Below, piece after piece: positions 1 to 12,256 of a stretch of 64,000 nucleotides of DNA; positions within the stretch are counted from its first letter, which is position 1, and every line of letters starts with the position of its first letter. Under the pieces are notes generated by a model. The model did not search any database, was not told the DNA's origin, and saw only the letters and a program-made list of their open reading frames with translations. The DNA is from Dendrobates tinctorius (taxonomy: Eukaryota), in contig NW_027361823.1 in NCBI RefSeq assembly GCF_039654945.1, positions 29,574,001-29,638,000 of the forward strand, written 5' to 3'. A program made the position numbers and the translations under genes.

Positions 1-138
1 AAATTTGATTTCCATTGATAATTTTTGTGTGATTTTGTTGTCAGCACATTCCACTTTGAACAGAACAAAGTATTCAGAATATTTCATTCATTCAAATCTC
101 CGATGTGTTGAGTGTTCCCTTTATTTTTGTGAGCAGTG
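1..138. mobile_element. Right end (TIR) of a Tc1/mariner element, truncated by the window edge
   Basis: Ends in GTGTTCCCTTTATTTTTGTGAGCAGTG, the reverse complement of a CACTGCTCAAAAAAATAAAGGGAACAC-type Tc1 terminus. Confidence 0.6.
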
Positions 139-373
139 CACTTTTCCTCTGATTGTTCCACTCCTGGTACTGAGGTAAAATACTGACCAAATACTGAATG
201 TGTGAACGCGACCTAAGGCCGACTTCAGTCGTGGGTAATGAAAGCAGGTGTTTCTAGAACTATTTTTGGTCCAGGTGTTAGTTTTTTTTTACTATTCTTT
301 TGTATCTGTGTAAAAATGAGACACTTGAAAAAGCAAATCTCCAAAAGTGACTGCTCAAAAATCCTGCTACACG

Positions 374-2078
374 CAATGGCGGATCTTAATAGGGGCGGAT
401 GGGGCGGTCGCCCCGGGCCCAAGGTTTTTTGGGGGCCCAGGGGCAGGGGCGGGCTGGGCCGGGTGGCAGAGAGGCAAATGCCACCCGGACCGCTCCCCCA
501 GCACCTGTACAGGGCCGGCCGTGCCCTGTGCTGTGACGCCGCCGGCAGCAGACAGCCACCCGCGTCACATTCTATGAGGGGCCGGGAGCTGTGCACGCCC
601 GTCACCTTGACGGCTGCTCAGCTCCGGCTCCCTCCGGCTGTACTTCCGGGTCAGATGTCGGGCGTGCGCGATGACGTCATCGTGCACGCGCCGACATGTC
701 CCGGAGGATGCTGAAAGCAGAGGCGCTGCTGGTGAGCGAGCCGGCTGTGAGGTAAGTATGGGGAACTTTTTTTATTTTTTTTATTTATAAAATGAATTAA
801 ATGGGGGAGGGGGTGAGTGGGGGCTGTACACAATGAAGGGGGGGGGTGACTGGGGCCTGTATATGATGACGGGGGGTGACTGGGGGCTGTATATGATGAA
901 GGGGGGTGACTGGGGGCTGTTTATGATGAAGGGGGGGTGACTGGGGGCTGTATATGATGAAGGGGGGGTGACTGGGGGCTGTATATGATGAAGGGGGGTG
1001 AGTGGGGGCTGTATATGATGAAGGGGGGTGACTGGGGGCTGTATATGATGAAGGGGGTGAGTGGGGGCTGTATATGATGAAGGGGGGTGAGTGGGGGCTG
1101 TATATGATGAAGGGGGGGTGACTGGGGGCTGTATATGATGAAGGGGGGGTGACTGGGGGCTGTATATGATGAAGGGGGGGGTGACTGGGGCCTGTATATG
1201 ATGACGTGGGGGTGACTGGGGCCTGTATATGATGACGGGGGGTGACTGGGGGCTGTATATGATGACGGGGGGGTGACTGGGGCCTGTATATGATGACGTG
1301 GGGGTGACTGGGGCCTGTATATGATGACGGGGGGTGACTGGGGGCTGTATATGATGACGGGGGGTGACTGGGGCCTATATATGATGAAGGGGGGTGACTA
1401 GGGGCTGTATATGATGATGGGGGGGTGACTGGGGGCTGTATATGATGACGGGGGGGTGACTGGGGGCTGTATATGATGAAGGGGGGTGACTGGGGTTGTA
1501 CAGGATGAAGGGGGTGAGTAGGGGCTTCACAGGATGAAGGGGGGATGAGTGGGGGCTTCACATGATGAAGGGGGGTGAGTGGGGGCTTCACATGATGAAG
1601 GGGGGTGAGTGGGGCTGCACATGATGAAGTGGGGGGTGAGTGGGGCTGCACATGATGAAGTGGGGGATAAGTGGGGCTGCACATGATGAAATGGAAGGGG
1701 GGATAAGGGGCTGCAAATGATGAAGCGGCACTGCAGATGAAGTGAGTGGGTGATAGGGGACTGCAGTGGATGAAGTAAGGGGACTTCAAATTAAAGTGGG
1801 GACATTAAAGTGGATCCCCTATGGCCAGGATCACGTTGGGAGATCTTGTGCGTATTGGCCGTAGGCCTACAGCTTATGTGCAACGTCTTTTTAGGCCATG
1901 TCCACACGTGGTGGAATGGTGGCGGGTTTTCCGTATGGACCCGCAGCAAACCAAGTGCTGCGGTCCGTACGGCTGTCAATTCCCGCACGGGGACCGCAGC
2001 GCTCAGGTGGGAAGGGGGGTACAGGGGCCCAGGTTTTATGAACAGCCCCGGGCCCATAGTCCACTTAATCCGCCACTG
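374..2078. mobile_element. Non-autonomous hAT DNA transposon carrying an internal minisatellite
   Basis: Imperfect TIRs CAATGGCGGATC.. / ..AATCCGCCACTG; exact 8-bp TSD GCTACACG at 366-373 and 2079-2086. Confidence 0.85.
800..1790. repeat. G-rich ~30-bp minisatellite (GGGGGTGACTGGGGGCTGTATATGATGAAG)n
   Basis: Direct tandem repeats that degenerate towards the 3' end; source of the spurious Pro/His-rich ORF 797..1789. Confidence 0.95.
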
Positions 2079-2154
2079 GCTACACGACCATCCATTACTG
2101 AATATATTCTAATGATAACAGAGGCTTGTACATAGATATAAGTGACTGGTGCTA

Positions 2155-2514
2155 CCTGGGGCATGCTGGGAGTTGTAGTCCCCAGGCTCCCTTGCATCCT
2201 GGCAGCTCCCAGGTCCGATCACTCAGCGCTCTGCTCCTCCTCACTGTGCGGGCAGCGGGCCAGGAATGCCTCCAACAGCCAATCAGGAAGCAGAGAAGGG
2301 CGCAGAGGGGCGTGGTTTATTTGGTTCCCTTTTTTTTTTCCTCCTCCTTTTTGAAGCCGGAGAATTCGGGAGCGGTGACGTATGATAGGTGCACGGGACC
2401 GGGCGGCCACAACAGCGGCGACAGCAGCACACCGAGCAAGCGCGGACTGCTCCCGGAGCCTGCAGTGCACGGGGGAGGGGGCGCAGAGATCGGATCCCGG
2501 GCGGTGCCAGCAAG
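2155..2514 (+). promoter_or_regulatory. CpG-island promoter and 5'UTR of the REEP gene
   Basis: CpG-rich; ACTACAACTCCCAGCATGC (ZNF143/THAP11-type motif) on the minus strand at 2161-2179; CCAAT box 2279-2283; GC-box-like GGGGCGTGG near 2307; CRE half-site TGACG 2376-2380; lies directly upstream of the ATG. Confidence 0.75.
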
Positions 2515-2546
2515 ATGGTGTCGTGGATCATCTGTAAGGCCGTGGT
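2515..2546 (+). CDS. reep3: First coding exon of receptor expression-enhancing protein (REEP1-4 subfamily, most like REEP3)
   Basis: caagATGG start encodes MVSWIICKAVV, then a GTAAGT donor at 2547. The 32-nt phase-2 exon matches the conserved REEP1-4 exon 1, and the 'AVV' ending is REEP3-like. Too short to appear in the ORF track; exon 2 (LVFGMLYPAY..) not found in the window. Confidence 0.85.
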
Positions 2547-3844
2547 GTAAGTCATCCTGCTGATCGCGGACGTGCGCGGATCACTGTGCCCTCCAACGCT
2601 CTGTGTCTCCCCCATACTGTACCTGGGCTCGGGAGGGCGCTGTTTCGGGGTCTTGCCTTTCTGTAGTCCGTCCATCGTTTCATTTTGAGTTTTCCTCTCC
2701 CATGACAGACTGCAGAGTGGTAAACCCCGTCCACACCGGCGGCCACGGGCCTGACTCACAGTGAGGGCTGGCATCATTTTAGCCACTTTATTTTCCGTCT
2801 GATTTCATGGAATATTGCCGCAAGTGTGAACAGGAGCCTGTGCGCAACCTAGGGAACGTGGCGACTTACGCGGCATAGTAAAAAATGGCGATTGGCATTG
2901 GATCGCCCGCTGTCGTCCGAAAATGGCAAATAGCATTGGATCCCCCACTGTTGACCGCAGCGGCCCCGTAATATCCCATAGCGGAAAGTTCATTATGTTG
3001 GGTGATAATAGTGGAAACTTCTGTGTCGGCGACGGACGCCCATGGGGCACGGACCGCGTGGCCTGTGGTGTCCATTGGTGGAACAATATTTCAGTGGCTG
3101 ATGCCGCTGCGTATATTCCTGTATGAACCCCGGGGGCACAGGCTCCTATTCTAGTCTATGGGAGCAGAGTGCGTGTTTCCATTGACAACCCGATATGGGT
3201 CTGTGAGAATCGCTGGCAGCGCCCGGATGGCAGCGGAGCACTGGAGTACGGTCCAGATGCCGGCCATGATTAACATTATGGTGGATAGTAGATGATTTGT
3301 TGGTTTGTTTTTTTTTTTTTTTTTTTTTCCCATTTTTATTAATTTTTTTGATGAAACTGGAGCTTCCTACCAGAACTGTCACCGGCATCTGGATGAGGTC
3401 AGAAGGTGACAGCTACGTTTGGTCACAGGTGACAAATGTTAGTGTCATGGAAGTTGAGAGATAAATAGTTTGTGTTTCCGGTTGTGCTCGGCCTCTTGCA
3501 GAGATCTTGATCTCGGCTGGATGTGGAGGTGACATGATGGTATATGTGTGATATTATGGCCTCGGTGATCTCCAACTTGTCAAACTACAACTCCCAGCAG
3601 TGGAGTGCCTCCATCCTAATGAGTCGTAAGTTGGATTCCATGGTGTTATGTCATGTTGTGTATGATGGTGGTTTCTGCTTCCCACGCTGGCTGTGGCGGA
3701 CATGCCTGTGAGCTTCCCCTACATGCGGCAGCAGGCCCAGCCTACAAGTTGAATCCTGCTAGTGCAATGTCGTCTCTGTTCTTAACCTTTATGCACCTGG
3801 TCAATAGGTTCCCTATGTTCCGAACATCTTAGGACATTAGTGTA

Positions 3845-4125
3845 AGGTTGTGTGCACACGTTGTGGATTCTGCTGCAGAATTTTCCGTGCGGATTTGCCT
3901 GCGGTTTGACGCCTGATCATGGAGCAGGTGCAAAACCGCTGCGGAATCCGCACAAAGTGACATGCTGCCGATTTAAAACCGCAGCAAATCCGCATAGAAA
4001 ATTCTGCACCGTGGGCAGGCACTGCCGTTTTTGACTTACATAGGTTATAATGGTAGTGTACACTGCAGCAGAAACTGCTGCGGATCCGCAGGACCAGATC
4101 AGAATCCGCAGCGTGTGCACACTCT
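3845..4125. mobile_element. MITE (PIF/Harbinger-like, GGxTGTGTGCACACG termini)
   Basis: Terminal inverted repeats GTGTGCACACGTTGTGGATTCTG / CAGAATCCGCAGCGTGTGCACAC; the family recurs at 25.3-26.7 kb and 51.3-51.7 kb. Confidence 0.7.
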
Positions 4126-4326
4126 AAAGGAGTCCATGATCTTTCAGCTGCAGCCCAAGGGGCTCGTTCAGACAAGATACACACCGATTACAGCCAATGT
4201 GGCAGTGTACAAGGCTGACTTTCCAAACCCACCAACCATTTACATGGGGGGAAAAAAAACTGCAGCATGCTCTATAAGGCTGTTCACACGTTGCGTTTTT
4301 GCAGCTTTAAATAAGCTGCTTACAAA

Positions 4327-4969
4327 CAGGGCTGTGGAGTCGGTAAGCCAAACCTGCGACTCCGACTCCTCAATTTCCCTTACACCGACTCCGACTCCAC
4401 GACTCCGACTCCCACACATATTGCTTATATTTAAGTGAAAAATGTATTGTAGTACAATGTGAACCTCAGACATTTAATCATTTTTATGATCCAATAATCA
4501 AGATATTTAGATAGAACAGAATATATATTGGTGTACTACCCGGTTTTCATTCTTTTTGGTACAGATACGATATGGATAGATAGATATGGATAAATGGATA
4601 GAGCAGATTTCTAATCTGCTTTTGCTATTGAGTAACATTATCTATGAGCTCAAAAACCTTTCAGGTGATGCAGTTTTTTAAAAAGATGATCAACTTTTGC
4701 AGCTGAAAAACGTATCCTCAAAAAACACAGGAAAAACGCTGTGTGTGAATGTAGCCTTAGATCAGGAATAGAACAGCCATTTATAGGACATTTCATAACT
4801 TTCCCAAACTCCTATGAAAAAATATTCAGCACATCCTGCATTGAACTACTGTGCCCAATTTATTATATATTTTAGGAGTCGGAGTCGGTCCATTTTATAC
4901 CGACTCCAACTCCGACTCAGACTCCACCAAAATGAGCACCGACTCCACGACTCCGACTCCACAGCCCTG
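4327..4969. mobile_element. Non-autonomous hAT element with (GACTCC)n subterminal repeats
   Basis: TIR CAGGGCTGTGGAGTCGG / CCGACTCCACAGCCCTG; 8-bp TSD CTTACAAA at 4319-4326 and 4970-4977. Confidence 0.9.
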
Positions 4970-5046
4970 CTTACAAATGTAGGTTTTTGCTGTGTTTTCT
5001 TTTTATCAGGTGCAATTTGTCTTTTGTACATGCTGTTTAAACACTG

Positions 5047-5128
5047 CACTGTGAACAGGATTTGAACCTATGCAGGGATACCCCATTGGATTTCGAGTCC
5101 AACGCCTTAACCACTCGGCCATCACAGC
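5047..5128 (-). tRNA. tRNA-Ser(CGA) copy, probably a pseudogene or variant
   Basis: 82 nt, GCTGTGATGGCCGAGTGGTTAAGGCGTTGGACTCGAAATCCAATGGGGTATCCCTGCATAGGTTCAAATCCTGTTCACAGTG. A and B boxes, CGA anticodon, long variable arm, G73 discriminator. Several C>T and G>A changes in the 3' half relative to the canonical vertebrate gene. Confidence 0.85.
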
Positions 5129-5369
5129 CAACTGTTTACATTTTTTGTACATGCTGGTAAAGTTTAGTGCGTTAAAAAAAAAAAAAGATTCAACTTAACA
5201 ACTTCTTGTGGTTTTTCACCAAAAATGCAGCAAAGCTTGATACCTGCTCCTTTTTTTTTTTTTTTGCTGCGTTTTTGCGCTTACTCATTGCTCTTTATAG
5301 GTGAAAAAATACTGGAAAAAAACTAAAAACCTGGCCCTAGTTTTCCTACAGTTATCTGAAGTCGGCCTA

Positions 5370-5777
5370 AAGGCCCTTTTACATTTAGCGATGCACCAGC
5401 AATCCAACCAGCGATCCGACCCGGTCAGGATCGCTGGTGCATCGCTAAATGATCGCTAGTGAGCTTTCATACAGAAAGATCTCACAGCGATGCAGCAGCG
5501 ACGCAGCGCACGATACTTACCATTCACACACAGCGATCCTGCGTCCTCCCGCCCGCGTCCAGCGTCGCTCGTCGTCACAGCAGGAAGTCTCAGCAGGAAG
5601 CGCCCGACGAGAAATGGAGGCGGACATTCTCGCGCGATCAGCGATGGACAGCGGGGGAGCCGGTCGCTGGTAAGTATCACACATAGCGATATCGCTAGCA
5701 ATATCGCTATAACGTCACAAAACCAGTGACGTTTTAGCGATATTGCTAGCGATATCGCTTAGTGTAAAACCCCCTTT
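5370..5777. mobile_element. MITE with AGCGAT/ATCGCT subterminal repeats (Harbinger-like)
   Basis: Inverted termini ..TTTTACATTTAGCGAT / ATCGCTTAGTGTAAAA..; same family as 58392-59097. Confidence 0.7.
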
Positions 5778-6498
5778 AGTTTCTCATCTATGATCTTTCT
5801 CCGCCTCCTCGACTTTCACTGATGTTGTTTTTTTGGAACTAATTTGTTTTTCTAGAAACTCCTTTTAGACTGTCGGCTCGTGTAAAGATGTGACCCGTTT
5901 TATGGTCGTGTACTTGTTGGGTGGTGGCTCTGTAGCTGCAGTAACCGTTGCTGATAAGGTAGCGTTCTTCTATCCGGAGTCACCATGATCATTATGTAAA
6001 CCTGTGATAAGCTTCTTTATTGACTTTTCTGGCATATTAAAATGCTTGGAAAAATGATTTTTTTAAATTTTTTTTTTTTTTTTTTTTTTACATTACAAAA
6101 CCTTTGATTGAAAGATCCAAGTGATTTGTAATGTAAAAAATGCCACAAAACCTCATCAATGATTTCTGCCCTTCTTTCCTTTTCCATCTGAATTTCCCTG
6201 AAATTTTAACCCACTCAATGTAAAGAGTTATGGACTCAATCTGGAATCTGGCTTGTTTAACTAAAGACATAATCAACTAGAACCGAATTCTAGATTCAGC
6301 ATCTTGCATTTCATACAAAGAAAATCTGTACAAGATCCTTCATCTCTGGTACCATACGCCTTAATTTTTACATAAAATGGACCCATCTATTCCTTTCCCT
6401 TGCTGGCATTTTGTCCTGTCTTGAGGTTCTATATTTCACATTTTTTGAGACTGTCCACTGATAAAACCGTTCTGTGCGGTAGTCCAACTCCTCATTAA

Positions 6499-7067
6499 AG
6501 TGCACCTGTCACCTGTTTTGGCCGATATAAGATGAAGCCACTGCCTTTCAGGGCTTATCTACAGCATTCTATAGATAACGCACAGCGCAGGCGCCCGCCG
6601 GCAACAGTTCTCGGGCATGCGCAGTGCGCGCTGCCCGGGAACTGACATCAGGCTATCGCGCCTGCGCGTTTCGCATGCTTCAGATTCCCAGCCCTGCAGT
6701 GTGAATACATCATAACACACTGTTGGGCGGGATCTGGCGCGATAGCCTGCCAGTTCCCGGGCAGCACTCGCTGCGCATGCCCGAGAACTGTAGTGAGCGA
6801 GCGACTGCGCTGTGCCATGTAATGGCGACAGCAAGGCAGGAGGAGGTGGCGCAGGGCAGGCATGATTGACGGCGGGGAGGCGGCTGCTTCAGGGGGTCGC
6901 ACTATACCTATGGGACATATTACAGGTATGGGGACCTATTTATAAAAGTTAATATTTTGGCGTTACTGGGGATCAGTAACGGAAGAGCCACCTCCACAGA
7001 GTGCAGCCTTAGTGCTGCTGAAGGTGGCTCTTTTATTAAAAACGCCATGGGGGGTGACAGGTTCCCT
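6499..7067. mobile_element. T2/Kolobok-type MITE
   Basis: TTAA at 6495-6498 and 7068-7071; TIR AG(T/G)G(C/A)ACCTGTCACC. Confidence 0.8.
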
Positions 7068-9159
7068 TTAAAAGAAGTGATCGGACCATTCTTTAGACCG
7101 TTTCTGCTCTCAAGACATTTTATACTTAAGAGAAGGCAATCGGAAGGCTGAAAAGATTTGACTTGGCTACATTGTTGAAACACTTGCAGTTTCTTGATTG
7201 TTGAAAATAATAATAAAAAATAACCTAAAAGACACTTAAGGGAGGAATAACAGCGGGTGCACATGACCCTTCTGAGGTCACAAACTCGATGACCAAATAT
7301 TCTTATTTCTTTTATGCCTCATGTAATCTATAGGCTTTGACCTTGTTAATAAGTGTGATCAGTCAGTAATCCATCAGCCCTCCTATATGTTATGTCCCAT
7401 TGTGATCTTGCTGTGTCTCCACCTACGATGATAAACATTGCAGAGTTCATTCACCCCGGGTTTTATATGTAACAAAGCTGGCAAATATTGCTCCGCTATT
7501 CTGTCTCCTTGTTGCTGACATGAGCAGGTGCGTGCTGTGACATCGAGCATTTGCTGTTGGGCGTTCAAAGCTGACATCTAGTGAAAACTAGGGGTGAAAT
7601 AGTTTGGATGGTGCTAGTGACTACCTTGCTTAAGAATAGATCATTGATATTTTTCAATTCTACATGACGGCACCACGAGAGAGGGGATCCGCCCAGCGAG
7701 GACAGGAAACCTTCACGATAAAAGGGGCGGCTCCTCTCTCCGCCTCAGTTGGTTTCCTGTCCTTGATGGGGAACCCTCAAGATGAAAACCTCTTGAAGAA
7801 AGAAGAATGAAGAGGATGCCTGGGTCGGGTGATTAATGGCAGGCACTGGTCTGCTACACCCATCACCAGGTACCGGTAGTCGCCTCGGGGGCCATATATT
7901 CCTATGTCCCCTCTGAGCGAGTGCATGGCCACAGCCCGTAAGGCAGATGCCCCGGTGTAGTCTGGACCTCGGAGACCATGATACGTGTTCCCTCCCTGTT
8001 GACCGACATGCCCCAAAGATGTCCACGGAGGCCACTTTGTGCTCCCTCCCTGTTGACATCCAGTGGCCATGCAGCCCGTGAGGCACATCGGTGCCCGGGC
8101 AGATGAAAGTCTTCTCGGAGGACTCTTTGGAAATCCCTCCCTGTCGAGCGCAGGTCGGACACCGGGGCTGCCCAGGAGAAGAGTACCTGCAGTTGGAGGC
8201 TTCCGCAGATGATCAGGTATGAGGGCAGCAGCAGGTGTCATGGCGATAGCAGCATGTGAACGCTGCGGTTACCTGGGCGCGTACCGGTAGGGGAAAAGCC
8301 GGGCACGCGCAGCTAATGGAGTCAGAGCTGGGAATGTCAGCAGCAGGCGGCGTGCGATCCAGTGGTAAAAATCCGGGTGCATTATCCAGACGGAGAGGTC
8401 GGGAGTGCGCACCGAAAGTAGAGGAGGTGTGACCCGGAAGTAAAGCCGGCAACACCCGGGAGGCAGCAGGGAGCGCACACAGCGGTACGGCCACATGACG
8501 GGGCGCTCACCGGAAGTGGTCACCGGGTGCGCGTGTGCAGTCATTTTCGGGACACGTACACCAGGTGCAAAGGCGCCGGTGGAGAGTGCGCACCGGATGT
8601 GGTTGCCGGGTGCGCGCATAGGGCAGCTGTAGGGCGCAGGTGTGGCGGATCAACCAGGTGTGCCAATTAATTAGGAAAAAAAAAAAGAATTCTGCTATTT
8701 AAAGCAACAGGAAGTGCTGGCAGGCGTCACCACACCTTTTTTTTGGGGGTGGATGTGACTGCTCTCAGCACAAAGCAGCAGCTAAATCAATTCATAGAAT
8801 GCAGAGCCCTTCCCCAGAGCATTTACAACCGCGCCAGGAGGCAAAGGAGAGGCGGTTGCGCTCAGAGGAGAAGAGCCAGACACGCCGCAGCAGCAGTGGG
8901 AGCCGCTCGGGCAAGGCACGGGCGGAACGTCGCCACAAGAAGGAGGGGTCCTTAGTCTCTTTGGGAGACATTGAGAAGACCAGACAGCCTCCAGATCCGG
9001 TACCCGTGCTGTGAAGTGTCCGAGTGGTGAGTGAGCTTCGAGAAAGTCCAGCACTCTAATGTCCTCTTTCTCTCTCTCTCTCTTGTCTCCTCTCTCTCCT
9101 CTTTTACATACATTGGCGGGGTGGAGTATAGGAGGTCCCTAAGAAGAGTAGGGAAAAAA

Positions 9160-10350
9160 ACAAAACTAAAGAATGTCCCTTGTGCAATAATCCATTAGGA
9201 GCATCCTGGAATTAAAGGTTGTGCCAGGATTGCATTAACAAGACAGTAGCGGAAGAGACACCCTCATTCTCTGACAGTCTAAAAACCCTAATTCAAATCG
9301 GTAAGGGCATTACAATCAGCAGATACGGATATAACTAGAGATAGATCCAGCCCCTCAGTAGTCTCTCAGGAGGACTCCACAGGGTCAGATAAAACCCGCT
9401 ATTCAGACAGTAGCTCTGACGAGGAAGACACATTCCCAGTAGAAGCTTCAGATAAGCTTATAAAAGCAATCCGGTCTACCATGGGGCTGGTAGATGAGTG
9501 AGCAAAAAAGACAGCTCAGGAACTCACGTTTAGTGGACTACAGAAGAAAAAACGTAGAGCCTTCCTTATTAATGAGCTACTGGAAGGACTCCTAAAACGG
9601 GAATGGGAAAAACCAGAGAAGAAGTCCCAGATAATCAATTCCCTAAAAAGGAGGTACCCCTTTGAGGAGGGGGCATCCTCGTCCTGGGATAGAGCTCCAA
9701 AATTAGATGTGGCGATACCAAAAGTCGCCAGGAAATCCTCCCTACCCTTTGAGGATTTAGGTTCTCTAAATGAACCTCTGGACTGGAAGACAGACAATTG
9801 TCTTAAAACAGCCTGGGAGGCCTCGGCTGGGGCCCTAAGGCCCGCCATCGCGGCCACTTGTGAGGCTAAATCCCTGAAAATATGGGTGGACAACCTGGAA
9901 GACCAGCTGGAGCAAGGAGTCCCCAGGGAATCTATTCTAGAAGCATTACTGGCCATCAGAGCAACAGCAGTCTTTCTCGCTGAAGCTTCAGCAGATTCAG
10001 CCAGGCTAGCAGCAAAATCAGCAGCCTTAACCAATGTAGGACGCCGGGCAGTATGGCTCAAATGCTGGCCGGGAGACACTCAGGCAAAGATGAAACTCTG
10101 CTCTCTGCCATGTGAGGGAAATTTCCTGTTCGGACTGGCATTGGATGACGTGTTGGAGAAAGCAGGCAACATAAAGAATTTCCCAAAACAGCCATTTCAG
10201 GCCTTTCGGCGTTCCTTTCATAGGGGCCGAAAATTCAGAAGACAGCAGTACAGGGATCGAGACAGAAACAATTCTGACAAGCGAGCCAGAGGTGGGAGAG
10301 GCTTTTATTTCGGTAAGCCCTCCAAAGACGCCAAAAAACCCTCCCAGGGA
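9160..10350 (+). pseudogene. DIRS1 gag (ORF1) remnant
   Basis: CPLC..CQDC zinc finger near 9170-9240 with stops; ORF 9709.. resembles the gag of the intact copy (PKLDVAI, RRAVWLKCW, LFGLALD). Confidence 0.8.
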
Positions 10351-12256
10351 CGGTCCTTCTCAGGTGGGGGGAAGGCTCTCTCACTTCCTCCCAGCCTGGG
10401 AGTGGATCTCATCCAGTACCTGGATCCGACAAATGGTAGGGTCGGGTCTGGAATTAAGATTCCGCCACTGGCCGCCACAAAGATACATGCAGACTCCAGT
10501 ACAGTCACATCAAGAAAAACAAGAAAGTCTGGGAGGAGAAGTATTATCACTTCTAGAAAAACACGTCCTGGAAGAAATTCCGGAAAAAGAGAAGGAAGGG
10601 TTTTACTCCCCCCTATTTCTTATAAAAAAGCCAGACAATTCCTGGAGGATGATTATAAATTTGAAAGGCCTCAACAAATATCTAGTTGTTCCATCGTTCA
10701 AGATGGAAACGATAAGGTCAGTGCTGAAGCTCCTCTATCCTCAGTGCTATATGGTAGTCCTGGATCTCAAGGATGCTTATCATGTCCCGATCTGGCAGCA
10801 AGACCGCAAATATATCAGAGTGGCGGTCCAGATAAGGTCTCAGTGGTGTCACTTTCAATACAGGGCTCTGCCCTTTGGTGTAGCAATAGCCCCCCCGAAT
10901 CTTCACAAAATTAATTGCAAAGGTCACAGCGCATCTCAGGGAAAAGGACACTCTGGTGATACCATATCTGGACGACTTCTTGATACTGGGAAGAAATTTC
11001 TCTCACTGTCGGGAACAGGTCAAAGTAGTGATGGAGACACTACAGACCCTAGGTGGGCAACTGAACCTCAAATAATTTAAACTGGTACCAGCAATGATCC
11101 AGAATTTTTTAGGCTTAACAGTGGACTCGGTGGTACAGGAGTGTCGCCTCCCAGATGAGAAAGAAGAGAAGATCAAAAATCTAGTCATGGCAACATTAAA
11201 AAAACCCCAGAAATGACGCTGAGAAGGGCCATGTCAGTGTTGGGGTCCCTAACTTCCTGCATACCAGCAGTAAAATGGGCCCAGTTTCACACAAGAGAAC
11301 TTCAGTGGTGTGTTCTACAAAACGATATGAGGCTTCAGGGGCAGTTAGAGCAGAAGCTCACCCTCCCGGACCCTGTACTCCAGTCACTCAAGTGGTGGTT
11401 ACAGATAGAGTCCTCCCCAGGAGGAGAGCCCTGGACACACACAGCCTCCAGAGTAGTCACAACCGATGCCAGTCCTTGGGGCTGGGGAGCCCATCTAGAC
11501 ACACTATGGCTCCAGGATCCCTGGGTCCAGGAGGAAAGAAGTCTATCCTCAAATGAGTGGTAGCTAGTAGCCATCGAAAGGGCGCTGGAAGGATTGACAC
11601 ACCTAAGAGGACATCATGTGAAAGTCCTGTCAGACAACCGTACAGCAGTCGCATATGTGAACCACCAGGGGGACACCCGTTCTCCGTCCCTGATGCGAAT
11701 AGCAGGAAGGATCATGGTCCTAGCAGAACACCAGTTCCTTTCATCATCGGCCCTACATATTCAAGGCGTATACAACCTGAAGGCAGACTTTCTGAGCAGG
11801 AACCACCTGAGGCAAGGAGAATGGTGCCTAAAAGAGTCCATCTTTCAACAGATTGTGCATATGTGGGGGGAACCCATCATAGATCTCTTCGCCTCAAAAA
11901 CCAACAAGAAGGTTCAAGAATTCTGCTCCCTAAGTCCAGCAGACAGGCCGTTGGCAGTAGACTCCTTCAGGATAAAGTGGACACCAGGTCTTCTGTACGC
12001 CTCCCCCCCCCCCCCCCCCCCCCCAATATGCCTCATTCAAGCAGTTCTGTGGAAGATCAGGGAGGACCAAGCCGGAGTAATTATGATAGCTCCTTTTTGG
12101 CCCAAAAGACCGTGGTTCTACTGGCTGAGAGTGATGTTGGTGACGGACCCATGGGTGCTCCCGGAGGATCACGACCTACTAACACATGGTCCCTTCAATC
12201 ACCCTCTGAAGTCCAGGCTGCATTTGACAGCCTGGAATTTGAAAGGTCACTGTTAA
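10292..12256 (+). pseudogene. DIRS1 RT / RNase H / Dam-like methyltransferase, frameshifted
   Basis: VGGRL, FYSPLFLIKK, LDLKDAY, ALPFG, YLDD (after a frameshift), TTDASPWGWG, SDNRTAVAYVNHQG, DLFAS, APFWPKRPW. Confidence 0.9.

Noticed and set aside
797-1789. 330-aa Pro/His/Ser-rich ORF
   Set aside because: Translation of a minisatellite inside a hAT element
2126-2786. Overlapping long ORFs at the CpG island
   Set aside because: GC-rich by-product; the supported coding part is the 32-nt exon in a different frame
3584-3597. Second ACTACAACTCCCAG motif as a promoter element
   Set aside because: Outside the CpG island and resembles a fragment of a common frog repeat
9709-10914. 401-aa ORF as a single functional protein
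   Set aside because: Gag C-terminus running into the overlap frame of a decayed element that has upstream stops and downstream frameshifts
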